Virus record (IMG/VR): IMGVR_UViG_3300033144_006696
Location: 32,001 to 96,000 of that record
DNA: 64,000 bases
Source of the DNA: a virus
Direction: 5' to 3' (one strand)
Both the position numbers and the translations under genes were made by a program. Below, piece after piece: positions 47,717 to 56,268 of the stretch. Position 1 is the stretch's first letter; each line of letters begins with the position of its first letter. A model generated the notes under the pieces. The model was not told the DNA's origin. It was given only the letters and a program-made list of their open reading frames with translations, and did no database searches.

Positions 47717-48631
47717 CTATGCAATTCTTTCCATTGTATTTGAAATAATGTCCCTTACATTTTTTTTCGGGTTAGTTTGATTGATAACACTTTGTAAAAT
47801 GGTTTTAAAATTTGGTTTTTCACGTTGATTCTTTGGTAAAGAGTCAATAAATTTAGATATCTTTTCTTCAGCTAATTTTTTGGATTCATCTTTCATTTCA
47901 GCAATTGCTATTTTACCAAAATCAAAAACATCTTTAGAAGGTAAACAAGGAATCTTAATAGCTTGTGATGTCCAGTCAGCAGTATTAACTCTATAGATTC
48001 TGGGTTGAAAATTAATTTGACTTTTTGTTGATCTCATCATAGACCCACAATTTGTATTAATAGCGCCATTTACACATAAAGAATGAGGTAAATGGTTATC
48101 GCCAGAAATAATTGCCTTTGACCATGGGTACTTACGTAAAATTGCATATGCGGAACTGTAATTAGTTTGTCCAGGCCATAAAGGATCTTTTTTAACTATC
48201 ATTTTATGTATTACCAATACATCTGCTTCTATTTCAGGAATCTCTCCCCATCCAGCACCAACGAAAGAAATTCCATTAGATTTATATACTTCATTATTTT
48301 TTAAAATATGAATTACATTAGCAGCTTGTAAAATTCCAAGAGGCGTATTATTAAGTCCAGAAACGTGGTATCTCTGATCATGCTGGCCTGTTACCGATAA
48401 TATATTTACATTACTTTTTTGAATGAACTCCAAAACTTTCCTTGTTACTTTGTATGGGGCCATGGCAGAATCGAAGAAATCGCCCGCAATCACTAATATT
48501 TTTGAATCAGTCTTTTCTGCTGTTTTCAAAATAAATTTAAATTTATCTATTATTTGAGAAAAATAATCACCCTTTCTGTTTTTAGGAACTTTATTAGTTA
48601 TGTGTAAATCTGCCGCACAAATGAATAACAC
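47717..48631 (-). CDS. Mre11/SbcD (gp47-like) metallophosphoesterase nuclease
   Basis: ADLH, AGDFFD, GQHD, IHK, SGDNH, NCGS motifs. Confidence 0.88.
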   Translation of the reverse strand: MLFICAADLHITNKVPKNRKGDYFSQIIDKFKFILKTAEKTDSKILVIAGDFFDSAMAPYKVTRKVLEFIQKSNVNILSVTGQHDQRYHVSGLNNTPLGILQAANVIHILKNNEVYKSNGISFVGAGWGEIPEIEADVLVIHKMIVKKDPLWPGQTNYSSAYAILRKYPWSKAIISGDNHLPHSLCVNGAINTNCGSMMRSTKSQINFQPRIYRVNTADWTSQAIKIPCLPSKDVFDFGKIAIAEMKDESKKLAEEKISKFIDSLPKNQREKPNFKTILQSVINQTNPKKNVRDIISNTMERIA

Positions 48632-48669
48632 GTTATTTTCTCCTTTTAATCTGTAATTTCATCAAAGAA

Positions 48670-48885
48670 TCATAACTTATATTTTTCAACATTTTCAACA
48701 TCAAGAGCTTTTTCATAACACTCACACATATTACAATCATATTCAGTTAATTTATATTTACACCAATAAATATTTGGAGGAAATTTTATGTTTTGTATAT
48801 TTTTAGTATATGTACAAAAAGGTTCTGCAATTGTACTGCATTTGCGATTTGCATTATATGTACAAGTTAAATATTTATTTTTCAT
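48670..48885 (-). CDS. Small Cys-rich protein
   Basis: Six Cys in 71 aa. Confidence 0.45.
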   Translation of the reverse strand: MKNKYLTCTYNANRKCSTIAEPFCTYTKNIQNIKFPPNIYWCKYKLTEYDCNMCECYEKALDVENVEKYKL

Positions 48886-48914
48886 TATATTACTTCTTTT
48901 GTTAATTTCATATT

Positions 48915-50141
48915 CTATCCTTTACGCCCGCAGACAGGGCAAGCTTGATTAATCCATATTTCTTTGTATGTTATTTCTTCCTCATTCAAAGTTTTAATCA
49001 CCCATTCAAGATCTTTTTTATTTGTACTAAATTTTTCCAGAACTGCTTCAATTTTTTCAATTTCATCCTTATATTTTGTAATTTCAGTTTGTTTAAAATC
49101 AAGCTGTTTTAAAGCTGTTGCTGCTTCAGTGATATCAGTAGTAGCATTCAATTGTGTATTAACGTCATTCAGTGTGATAATCAAGTTAAATAGAGTATTA
49201 TATGCTGATTTTTTATCAAAGATTGTTTGATTATATTTTTTAAGTTTTTTAATTTCTAAATTCACTTGAACCAAATAATCATAATGTGTTAATTTATTAT
49301 CTACTTTATTTAGCTCATCAAGAACATTATTGAGTTTTTTATATTCAGAAGATTTAATTGCTAATTGCTTTTGTTTTGTTTTCAATTCATTAATTTCTTT
49401 AACAGCTTCATCAACCATTAAATATTCAGCAATCTCAAGATCTACTTTATTTATTTCATAAATTACAGAATCTAATTCATCACATATCTCTTGTTTATTC
49501 ATTATCTTGAATTCAATATCTTCAAGTTTTGATGCCATTTTTTTAGCGAAATCAACCCATTCCGTATTTTCTATCTCTTCTAATCTTGTATCAATTTCAA
49601 GTTTGGACACTTTTATTAAAGTATTACAGGATCTGACTTGTGAATTTATGTTTTGTATAGCTTTATCCATTACAACAAGTCCAGCAACTTTATTGAACTC
49701 TTTTGCAATTTGTCCAGGTTTGTCACCAATTAGAAAATATTGATCACTGGGATGTTGAGTCTGTATATTTACATCTTTTATTCTGGTAATTTCTTGAACT
49801 TCATCAGGAACATCTGATTTTAAAGCTCTTAAAGGCTCTCCATCATTTATCTCATAATGATTAACTCCGCCTGAAGCTCCATCTCTTGCTCGTAAAATAT
49901 TTTTTTTATCATATTTTATATTTACTTCTGTTAATTTAAGTTTATCCTTTTTTGAATCACTTAATGAATCACTTCTATAACTATCTCCTTGTGGACGATT
50001 ATGTGCATTCCATTTTATTGCTCTAATTATACTGGACTTTCCGTTGTCACTCTCACCAACCAGAACATTACAGCCAGAATGTAATTCAATATGTGTATCT
50101 TTATGAGATTCAAAATTTTTGATTGATATGGAATTTATCAT
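48915..50141 (-). CDS. Rad50/SbcC N-terminal half ending at the zinc hook
   Basis: Walker A GESDNGKS, Q-loop NIQTQH, long coiled coil, terminal CPVC. Confidence 0.88.
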   Translation of the reverse strand: MINSISIKNFESHKDTHIELHSGCNVLVGESDNGKSSIIRAIKWNAHNRPQGDSYRSDSLSDSKKDKLKLTEVNIKYDKKNILRARDGASGGVNHYEINDGEPLRALKSDVPDEVQEITRIKDVNIQTQHPSDQYFLIGDKPGQIAKEFNKVAGLVVMDKAIQNINSQVRSCNTLIKVSKLEIDTRLEEIENTEWVDFAKKMASKLEDIEFKIMNKQEICDELDSVIYEINKVDLEIAEYLMVDEAVKEINELKTKQKQLAIKSSEYKKLNNVLDELNKVDNKLTHYDYLVQVNLEIKKLKKYNQTIFDKKSAYNTLFNLIITLNDVNTQLNATTDITEAATALKQLDFKQTEITKYKDEIEKIEAVLEKFSTNKKDLEWVIKTLNEEEITYKEIWINQACPVCGRKG

Positions 50142-50152
50142 TTTGAATCCTT

Positions 50153-50455
50153 TTATTTTCTTTTTACATAAATTGTTGGCACATGACCTTGTGCATTTTC
50201 AATTTTTAAATAAAGACCTTTTTGATCAACAATAATATCACTTATTCTTTTCAACATCTCTTGTTGTGTGACGAAATTATTATCATGATTATATATCGGA
50301 ACTGACATATTAAAATTTAATGAATGTTCAATAAATGCAATTGCCATCAAATATGTTCTTCCTGAACCTCTTTGTCCCATTGGATTAGTCAACCATTTAA
50401 CTGCTTCATAATACTTGAATTGATTTTTACATAAATTTATTGAAAATGGTTTCAT
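50153..50455 (-). CDS. Hypothetical protein
   Basis: RGSGRTYLMA P-loop-like segment; coupled ORF. Confidence 0.45.
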   Translation of the reverse strand: MKPFSINLCKNQFKYYEAVKWLTNPMGQRGSGRTYLMAIAFIEHSLNFNMSVPIYNHDNNFVTQQEMLKRISDIIVDQKGLYLKIENAQGHVPTIYVKRK

Positions 50456-50824
50456 TTATTTACCTTTTAATAATTCTATCGATGCACTCTTTATATTAAT
50501 TATCATTTTGCCGCTGATAGATGTCACGAAGGGAATATCAGTGATTGGAAATTCAAGGACTATTATTGAATCTTCTGGTAATTGTATTTTACCTTGATCT
50601 TCTAAGCCAACCATTTTATCTGGAATCATTCCTGGCAGGGCTTTTAATTCTATCAATTCGTCCACATCATCAGGATTTAAATCAGTTGGTACTTCATACT
50701 CCTTGTAATTATCTTCTTTGTTAGCCGTACATAAATACCAATCCATATCTCCATCTATTTCTTCCTCACTCACCCATGATCCATCGGGCCAGACCATAAT
50801 AATTATGTGATTTTTATCAGTCAT
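50456..50824 (-). CDS. Hypothetical protein
   Basis: SD GGAG; WPDGSW..EY motif. Confidence 0.5.
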   Translation of the reverse strand: MTDKNHIIIMVWPDGSWVSEEEIDGDMDWYLCTANKEDNYKEYEVPTDLNPDDVDELIELKALPGMIPDKMVGLEDQGKIQLPEDSIIVLEFPITDIPFVTSISGKMIINIKSASIELLKGK

Positions 50825-50834
50825 TTTATCTCCA

Positions 50835-51281
50835 TTAATTATTTAATTTTTGCCATTCTTCCTGAAAATTACGACCAATCATAAAATCAACATAGATTGA
50901 ATTATCTTGACGGAGATAATAATCAACAACATTTTTTAGATTCAATATTAATTCTTTTGGATATATTGTTTTTGTTTCTTCAAGAAAACTGATGCAGAAG
51001 AGAACAATACTTGAAATATGAATATCTTCTTTCTTTTGATTATCTTTGGACATTATTTGATTGAATTTTTTCAGGTAAATTTCAATTTCTTTTTTATTTT
51101 GGATAAAGATATTATTATCTCTTGCAAACATACCATTGAGTTGATTAGTGACAAAGAAGTCAATATTTTGGAGTTTTGTTCTTAATCTTCCAGGTTTTAA
51201 TGGTTCTTTTAAAAAAGACTGAAGAGACTTTAGAATACCTAACTCTGATAGTGTAACAAGTGTATTATGTGAAGCTTTCAA
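50835..51281 (-). CDS. Hypothetical protein
   Basis: 148-aa ORF. Confidence 0.45.
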   Translation of the reverse strand: MKASHNTLVTLSELGILKSLQSFLKEPLKPGRLRTKLQNIDFFVTNQLNGMFARDNNIFIQNKKEIEIYLKKFNQIMSKDNQKKEDIHISSIVLFCISFLEETKTIYPKELILNLKNVVDYYLRQDNSIYVDFMIGRNFQEEWQKLNN

Positions 51282-51295
51282 AATAAATCTCCTTT

Positions 51296-52033
51296 TTATA
51301 ATGGATATCTTTTCCGCATGGAAAGAACATCATTTCTTATTTTTTCTTTAATATCATAAAAATTTGTAAATAAACAAGAATAACTTTGCATTGCACTTTC
51401 TCCACAATTATATGATGTAGTTCCTTTGCCTGGATGCGATATTCCTTTGTTCAAATCAACATCAATTCTTGTAATAGAAGACTTAGGAACATACCATCTA
51501 CGTATTCTCGTGAATTCTTCAATAATGTATTTAGCTTTGTAATCTCCTTCTGGCATTGCTATTGTTAAATTACCAGAAGATATAATTTCTTTGACCGTTT
51601 TATAATCACCAAGAAAGAAATCAATAAGATTAAAATTCCAAGAATGCTTGAATGTACTTCCTTTACTATATCCACATTCATCACAGAACCAAGAAAACCA
51701 AATAGTCCAATCAAATATCCTGACATTAGTTGTTAATCCATTGTATATCTGTTTTTTATGGAACCAATTTCTGATTTTCTTTGTAAATATACTCTCATAC
51801 ACAAAATAAAATCTACCTATAATTGGAAGACTTAGATTACATTGAAAATCTTCTTCTTCATCCCCGATGGTAAATCCAATTGAGCAATGAATCCCGCCAA
51901 AATGCCATTCAGTTCTAAACTCTTGCTGGTTTTTTCGTCCTAATCTTAACCAGCATCTACCAGCTTTAAGCATTGATTTTTTATCAAGCACTTGTGAATG
52001 AAAATGATAAATTGGTTCACTTAAATTTTTCAT
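51296..52033 (-). CDS. Hypothetical phage protein
   Basis: 245-aa Trp-rich ORF; IAMPEGDY..PGKGTTSYNCGE. Confidence 0.55.
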   Translation of the reverse strand: MKNLSEPIYHFHSQVLDKKSMLKAGRCWLRLGRKNQQEFRTEWHFGGIHCSIGFTIGDEEEDFQCNLSLPIIGRFYFVYESIFTKKIRNWFHKKQIYNGLTTNVRIFDWTIWFSWFCDECGYSKGSTFKHSWNFNLIDFFLGDYKTVKEIISSGNLTIAMPEGDYKAKYIIEEFTRIRRWYVPKSSITRIDVDLNKGISHPGKGTTSYNCGESAMQSYSCLFTNFYDIKEKIRNDVLSMRKRYPL

Positions 52034-52238
52034 TTCTTTTCCTCAATCTCACCAAAAAATTCATTTAGTTCTGGATCATCAACATCAATATACAATAAGT
52101 CAAAAAATCACAAGAATTATTAGTTAGCCCAATAACATGTTCATAGTGATCACTACCATGTCTATTCGTAACTGTTGGTGCTATGTAAAAAATCGTACCC
52201 TTTGGAATTATAATATCTTTCTTTAGTATTTTTGGCAT
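52030..52238 (-). pseudogene. Small ORF with a 2-nt (AT) insertion
   Basis: MPKILKKDIIIPKGTIF..LTYC then shifted frame IDVDDPELNEFFGEIEEKK*, whose stop overlaps the next ATG; length 3n+2. Confidence 0.45.
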
Positions 52239-52262
52239 TTGTATTTGCTCCTTTATTTTAAA

Positions 52263-52883
52263 TTAAATTTTCTTTCGTTTTCTTTTTCGTAATTTGTTAT
52301 TTGCTTTAAAAACAGCATTTGCAAATCCTTCGGGGGTAGTACTTCTTATCTCAACCCTTTCTGGAGTATTAGGAAGCAAATGCATTTTACTACCTTGTGT
52401 TGGTTCAACCTCGTTCTTGATAGGCATTATGAAACCACCGCCAGTCCATAAACATGTTCTTTTTTTATATGGATCACCATACATGTATGGATGAAAAGTG
52501 TAATTTGGTTTTCTCCAATATGTGCTTATTGTACTTACAGGATTTTCAATGTAATATGGTGCTTCGCACCATTCTGCAATTTTAATTGAAACTTCAAATA
52601 ATTTTAATGCATTAATCAAAGCACCAATACCTTTATCTTTGAACCATCTTGCTCCAGATACTGCTACATCTGTACATGGAGGATAGAATGCTGCAAATTT
52701 AATATTGCCTTTTGGGGGTAACCAATTTAGCATATCTGCGCCAACTTTTATTATATTTCCTTCTTTATGCTCTCCTTTAGTATGTTGTATATCAACACAA
52801 TAACAAAAATAACCAGCATCAGCCCATGGTTTTGCTCCAATAGTGGATTTATCAAAACAACTGATCATTACAGGTCTACTCAT
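52263..52883 (-). CDS. Dcm-like C5 cytosine methyltransferase family protein
   Basis: FYPPCTDVAVSGARWF (PC motif IV), YIENPVS (ENx motif VI), KRTCLWT, RSTTPEGFANA. Confidence 0.65.
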   Translation of the reverse strand: MSRPVMISCFDKSTIGAKPWADAGYFCYCVDIQHTKGEHKEGNIIKVGADMLNWLPPKGNIKFAAFYPPCTDVAVSGARWFKDKGIGALINALKLFEVSIKIAEWCEAPYYIENPVSTISTYWRKPNYTFHPYMYGDPYKKRTCLWTGGGFIMPIKNEVEPTQGSKMHLLPNTPERVEIRSTTPEGFANAVFKANNKLRKRKRKKI

Positions 52884-53056
52884 CTTTTAAATCTCTCTTT
52901 TAGTAATTTTCTATTTTTATGCAATTCCAAAAGTAATTCTTGAATTGCATTTTTATTTTCATCATTTGTTAAATGCTCATTACCTTTTAATTCAAGAAAA
53001 AGAGAATCAGATAAACGATCACATAATAGAATCATTTTATTTATGGTTTCGTTCAT
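52880..53056 (-). CDS. Small hypothetical protein (58 aa)
   Basis: Open frame coupled at both ends by ATGA overlaps. Confidence 0.45.
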   Translation of the reverse strand: MNETINKMILLCDRLSDSLFLELKGNEHLTNDENKNAIQELLLELHKNRKLLKERFKR

Positions 53057-53247
53057 TTGGCATCATCTCTTGTTGATTCTACTCTTTTCAGATTTGATTC
53101 TTTACAGTCTTTATTCCAAAGTCTTGACTTGCATTGAGGGCACGCAATTGGCTTTTTAGTTCTTGGCAGCCATTTATGATTGCATCTTTTGCAGGTTAAT
53201 TCAATAAACACTTCATTAAACACTTCACGCACTTTTTGATCTTTCAT
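53053..53247 (-). CDS. Zn-ribbon protein
   Basis: CKRCNHKWLPR..PIACPQCKSRLWN. Confidence 0.6.
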   Translation of the reverse strand: MKDQKVREVFNEVFIELTCKRCNHKWLPRTKKPIACPQCKSRLWNKDCKESNLKRVESTRDDAK

Positions 53248-53263
53248 TTAATAAGTTTTCCTT

Positions 53264-54034
53264 TTATTTGTATTTTTCTTTCAATCTATTACAAAAATAA
53301 ATCTGACCTAAAGGAGTAATCATTACTCTCTTTGATAATCTGACACCAAATAATGTGTTATAAGTGGTTTCTATTACATTGAAAAAGCCTTTTTCTAACA
53401 TATTTTGGTAGGGTAAATTGTTATCCATGATATATTTCTGAGTTCTCATCCATTTATAAAGACGATTCCTGCCAATACCTAAATGTTGATCTTTAACGAG
53501 TTTGGCAAATGTTTCAAAATCAATTGCATCATTAGAATTAGAAACTTGTTCTGCAAATTCTACAAGTGGTTTATCATTCTTGATTTTCTCCTCTAATGTT
53601 ATTGCTTTCTTTTCTGCTTTATAATAAGCTTCTAATAATTCTAATTTAGTTCTTGGTTGAATTGAATATGATCCTGTTTTCCTAATTGTAGGTAAAACTT
53701 CTGTTTTTATCCATTTTTTGAAAGCTTTTGCTTTGGGCATTTTACTACCAAAAATTGCCTCATATAATCCTGATTCATTTATAACTGTTTGATTTCTATA
53801 CTGATTTGAGCTGACATTCCGTAACGGCGTGTTAGCTTTTTCATCTTTATCAAGTCTTTTAGTCATTTTATTTGTGCCAGAATATTCTAAAATATCTGCA
53901 ATCTCTTTGGCAATAAACCAAGCTTCTCCGTCTTTTTCAAGAACAGTAAGTTTTCCAAATTCATTATTTTTGAAAATTGTTAATTCTGAATTTTTATTTA
54001 CTTTAATTTTTTCAATTCGTTGTAATTTTTTCAT
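53264..54034 (-). CDS. Bro-N + KilA-C/ANT antirepressor-like protein
   Basis: AWFIAKEIADILEY..VINESGLYEAIFGSKMPKAKAFKKWI..VLPTIRKTGSY; KPLVEFAEQV..GRNRLYKWMR..ITPLGQ. Confidence 0.88.
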   Translation of the reverse strand: MKKLQRIEKIKVNKNSELTIFKNNEFGKLTVLEKDGEAWFIAKEIADILEYSGTNKMTKRLDKDEKANTPLRNVSSNQYRNQTVINESGLYEAIFGSKMPKAKAFKKWIKTEVLPTIRKTGSYSIQPRTKLELLEAYYKAEKKAITLEEKIKNDKPLVEFAEQVSNSNDAIDFETFAKLVKDQHLGIGRNRLYKWMRTQKYIMDNNLPYQNMLEKGFFNVIETTYNTLFGVRLSKRVMITPLGQIYFCNRLKEKYK

Positions 54035-54070
54035 TCTTACTCCTTTATAATTAATGTTGAAAATACAGTA

Positions 54071-54099
54071 TCATGATAAAGAAGCAATGTCAATTTATT
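54071..54099 (-). promoter_or_regulatory. sigma70-type promoter of the Bro-ANT gene
   Basis: TTGACA-N17-TACTGT with TG extension. Confidence 0.6.
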
Positions 54100-54129
54100 A
54101 TTTTTTCATTGATTTGAGTCGATTTTATA

Positions 54130-54158
54130 TTGACTTTTTCACTTGATTATCATAATAT
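54130..54158 (+). promoter_or_regulatory. Divergent sigma70-type promoter
   Basis: TTGACT-N17-TAATAT upstream of motif A copy 4. Confidence 0.5.
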
Positions 54159-54224
54159 GATTTCTCAATAAAATAAATAACTTGCTTCATAATAATATCT
54201 CTGTTACACTTCAGTCATTCAAAT

Positions 54225-54316
54225 TGTGGGAATAGATTCAGCCTTATAACCTGAATTGAAAATCGGCTTTGTTAACCGACCTTCCCACATCTTTTTAATG
54301 ACACACCGTAACAAAG
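54225..54316 (+). ncRNA. Structured leader, motif A copy 4
   Basis: P1 TGTGGGAA/TTCCCACA; TAG; P2 ATTCAG/CTGAAT; TGAAA; P3 TCGG/CCGA; loop CTTTGTTA pairs with TAACAAAG (54309-54316) at the SD. Confidence 0.65.
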
Positions 54317-54324
54317 GTGAAAGT

Positions 54325-54939
54325 ATGAATCAGAAATTTAGTGATGAAATTTATGAAAAACTCCTCGAAGATCCTCCTTTAGCAAAATTATACCTTTCTG
54401 GCTATCCTGAACAAAAATCCAAAGTAAAGAAAATATTCCCAAAAGATTTTATTTGGTGGAAGAATAAAAAATTCAATAATATCAAAAAGAGATATAAACC
54501 TATTGAAGCCATAATTACTGAATTTAACAGTAAACCTAATAGATTATCTCACACTAAAGCTCTTATAGAATGTGAAGGAATGGATTTAAAGCATTATGTC
54601 TTTATAAAAAATAAGAATAAGAGTAAAAGAGATAAAAGTAATCAATACAAACATCCAGCATTGTTAAAATTAAACTGTAAGGTGATGATTGCTGAAAAAC
54701 TGGGCATTTCTATTTATTCAATAAAAGAATATATTGCAATGCTTGTCCGGTGCGGCATATTAAGAGTCACACATCTTGGAAATGGAAAAATATATCTTTC
54801 ATCAGGTTATTGGCAATTTTATCCATGCGAAGACAAAACAACAAGATATAAAGTTCAACCATACATGAATGAAAAAATCGGAAAAAACCTTCTTGATCCA
54901 GACAAAGCTTATCTTAGAAAACCAAAATTAAAATTTTAA
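54325..54939 (+). CDS. Winged-HTH (Rep-like) DNA-binding protein, lone + strand gene in the minus arm
   Basis: IAEKLGISIYSIKEYIAMLVRCGILRV HTH; likely start ATG 54325. Confidence 0.6.
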   Translation: MNQKFSDEIYEKLLEDPPLAKLYLSGYPEQKSKVKKIFPKDFIWWKNKKFNNIKKRYKPIEAIITEFNSKPNRLSHTKALIECEGMDLKHYVFIKNKNKSKRDKSNQYKHPALLKLNCKVMIAEKLGISIYSIKEYIAMLVRCGILRVTHLGNGKIYLSSGYWQFYPCEDKTTRYKVQPYMNEKIGKNLLDPDKAYLRKPKLKF

Positions 54940-54941
54940 TT

Positions 54942-54984
54942 AAAGGGAATATTCAAACAAACTATCTTTGAATATTCCCTTTTT
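54942..54984 (+). terminator. Intrinsic terminator
   Basis: AAAGGGAATATTCAAA..TTTGAATATTCCCTTTTTT. Confidence 0.65.
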
Positions 54985-55014
54985 TATAAAATTGAAATGT
55001 ATTACGATGTAATT

Positions 55015-55114
55015 TCATGGGTGTGTCGGACACACCCATGATTATTCCCTAAAACACACCCATGATTTTCTAAGAAGTGCGTCAATGCTGGATGTTGAAA
55101 ATCATGGGTGTGTT
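55015..55114. repeat. Four copies of ACACACCCATGA as two inverted pairs (iteron/operator-like)
   Basis: TCATGGGTGTGTC-G-GACACACCCATGA (55015-55041); AACACACCCATGATTTTC (55053-55070) / GAAAATCATGGGTGTGTT (55097-55114). Confidence 0.85.
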
Positions 55115-55558
55115 GAAGCATTTATACATTTCTTTCATCTCTTTAATGATTTCAATAAGTTACAAGGATTTTCAAAACTACTTTTTGAAGTCTCCCTATT
55201 AAAACCTACATACTTACTGTATATATATAGAATACTTCATATTTTATTTTAATTTGTTAATACTCCTTTGGAGCTAAGACGTTACACATCTTCTTTATTA
55301 TCAAATTAAAAAAAAGATAAAGTATTACGCGTTGTTCCAACGCTGGGGAAAGAGGCTTCGCCTTGGTTGCAAGAGCTTAATCCTATTGCATATCATTACT
55401 CATTGCAAATTCATGAATATCATTGCACAACAAGATCAATTCTTGTTCATTGCAGAGCATTTCAGAAATATCCTATATATTGCTATTCAAGATTATCATT
55501 GCAATTCTAAGAACATCTTATTGCACATCAGGGGAGTATTCCGGTTTTGAACATATGC

Positions 55559-55756
55559 TTATATTAATACTAAACCACGTCCAATTTTATATTTGTGTTT
55601 TGGTCTACTGTATTCTAAATCAGATATTTTACGATCTATTTCTCTATTTTTCTTTGCATCTTCACAATTACACTCAAAGTAATTTGTCATTTCATCCCAA
55701 TGCTCTTTCTTTTCTTGACCACAAAAAAAGCATGTACTGCTAAAATCGTTTTCCAT
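55559..55756 (-). CDS. Small Cys-containing protein
   Basis: SD GGAGG; CFFCG..CNC. Confidence 0.5.
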   Translation of the reverse strand: MENDFSSTCFFCGQEKKEHWDEMTNYFECNCEDAKKNREIDRKISDLEYSRPKHKYKIGRGLVLI

Positions 55757-55781
55757 ATTTCCTCCAATAAGAATTAATATA

Positions 55782-55976
55782 TTATAAAGTTGAACTTGTT
55801 GTAATGAAATGGTCTTTCAGAATAAATTTTGGACATAACCACCCATTTATTGAAGCCCGTAATTCTCCAGAAAAATTCATATATTCTTTATAGTCAATAC
55901 TTGTCTGTGATTTACATCGTTGACATTGTGTTGCCAATGGACAATATGTTGCTATACAATACACATCTATAATCAT
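55782..55976 (-). CDS. Small Cys-rich protein
   Basis: YCIATYCPLATQCQRC..WLCPKF. Confidence 0.45.
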   Translation of the reverse strand: MIIDVYCIATYCPLATQCQRCKSQTSIDYKEYMNFSGELRASINGWLCPKFILKDHFITTSSTL

Positions 55977-56003
55977 TTTATTCCCATCAAATTTAATGCA
56001 CTG

Positions 56004-56237
56004 TTAATTCTTATCTGTTTTTGGACATATAGTAAGTGAAGGAAGTGTGCGTCTTGGTGTTTTTCCCAAATAAAATTTACAATCATTACACTTATTTATA
56101 AATCCAAATTCTCCTAAAAGTTTATATAATTGACTTATAGGATCAACAGGTTCTTCTTTTAATCTATCTCTTAATTCCTCTGGAGATAATGTAAGTAGTT
56201 CTTCAAAAACTTTCTGCATTGCCTGATTGACATCCAT
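56004..56237 (-). CDS. Hypothetical protein
   Basis: SD AAGGAG; CNDC. Confidence 0.5.
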   Translation of the reverse strand: MDVNQAMQKVFEELLTLSPEELRDRLKEEPVDPISQLYKLLGEFGFINKCNDCKFYLGKTPRRTLPSLTICPKTDKN

Positions 56238-56268
56238 ATTTCTCCTTTAAAATAGATTATCTGTTTTT

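Noticed and set aside
46851-50141. Split Rad50 as an assembly or frameshift artefact
   Set aside because: Three complete ORFs, including an intact Mre11, lie between the halves, and the break falls exactly at the zinc hook
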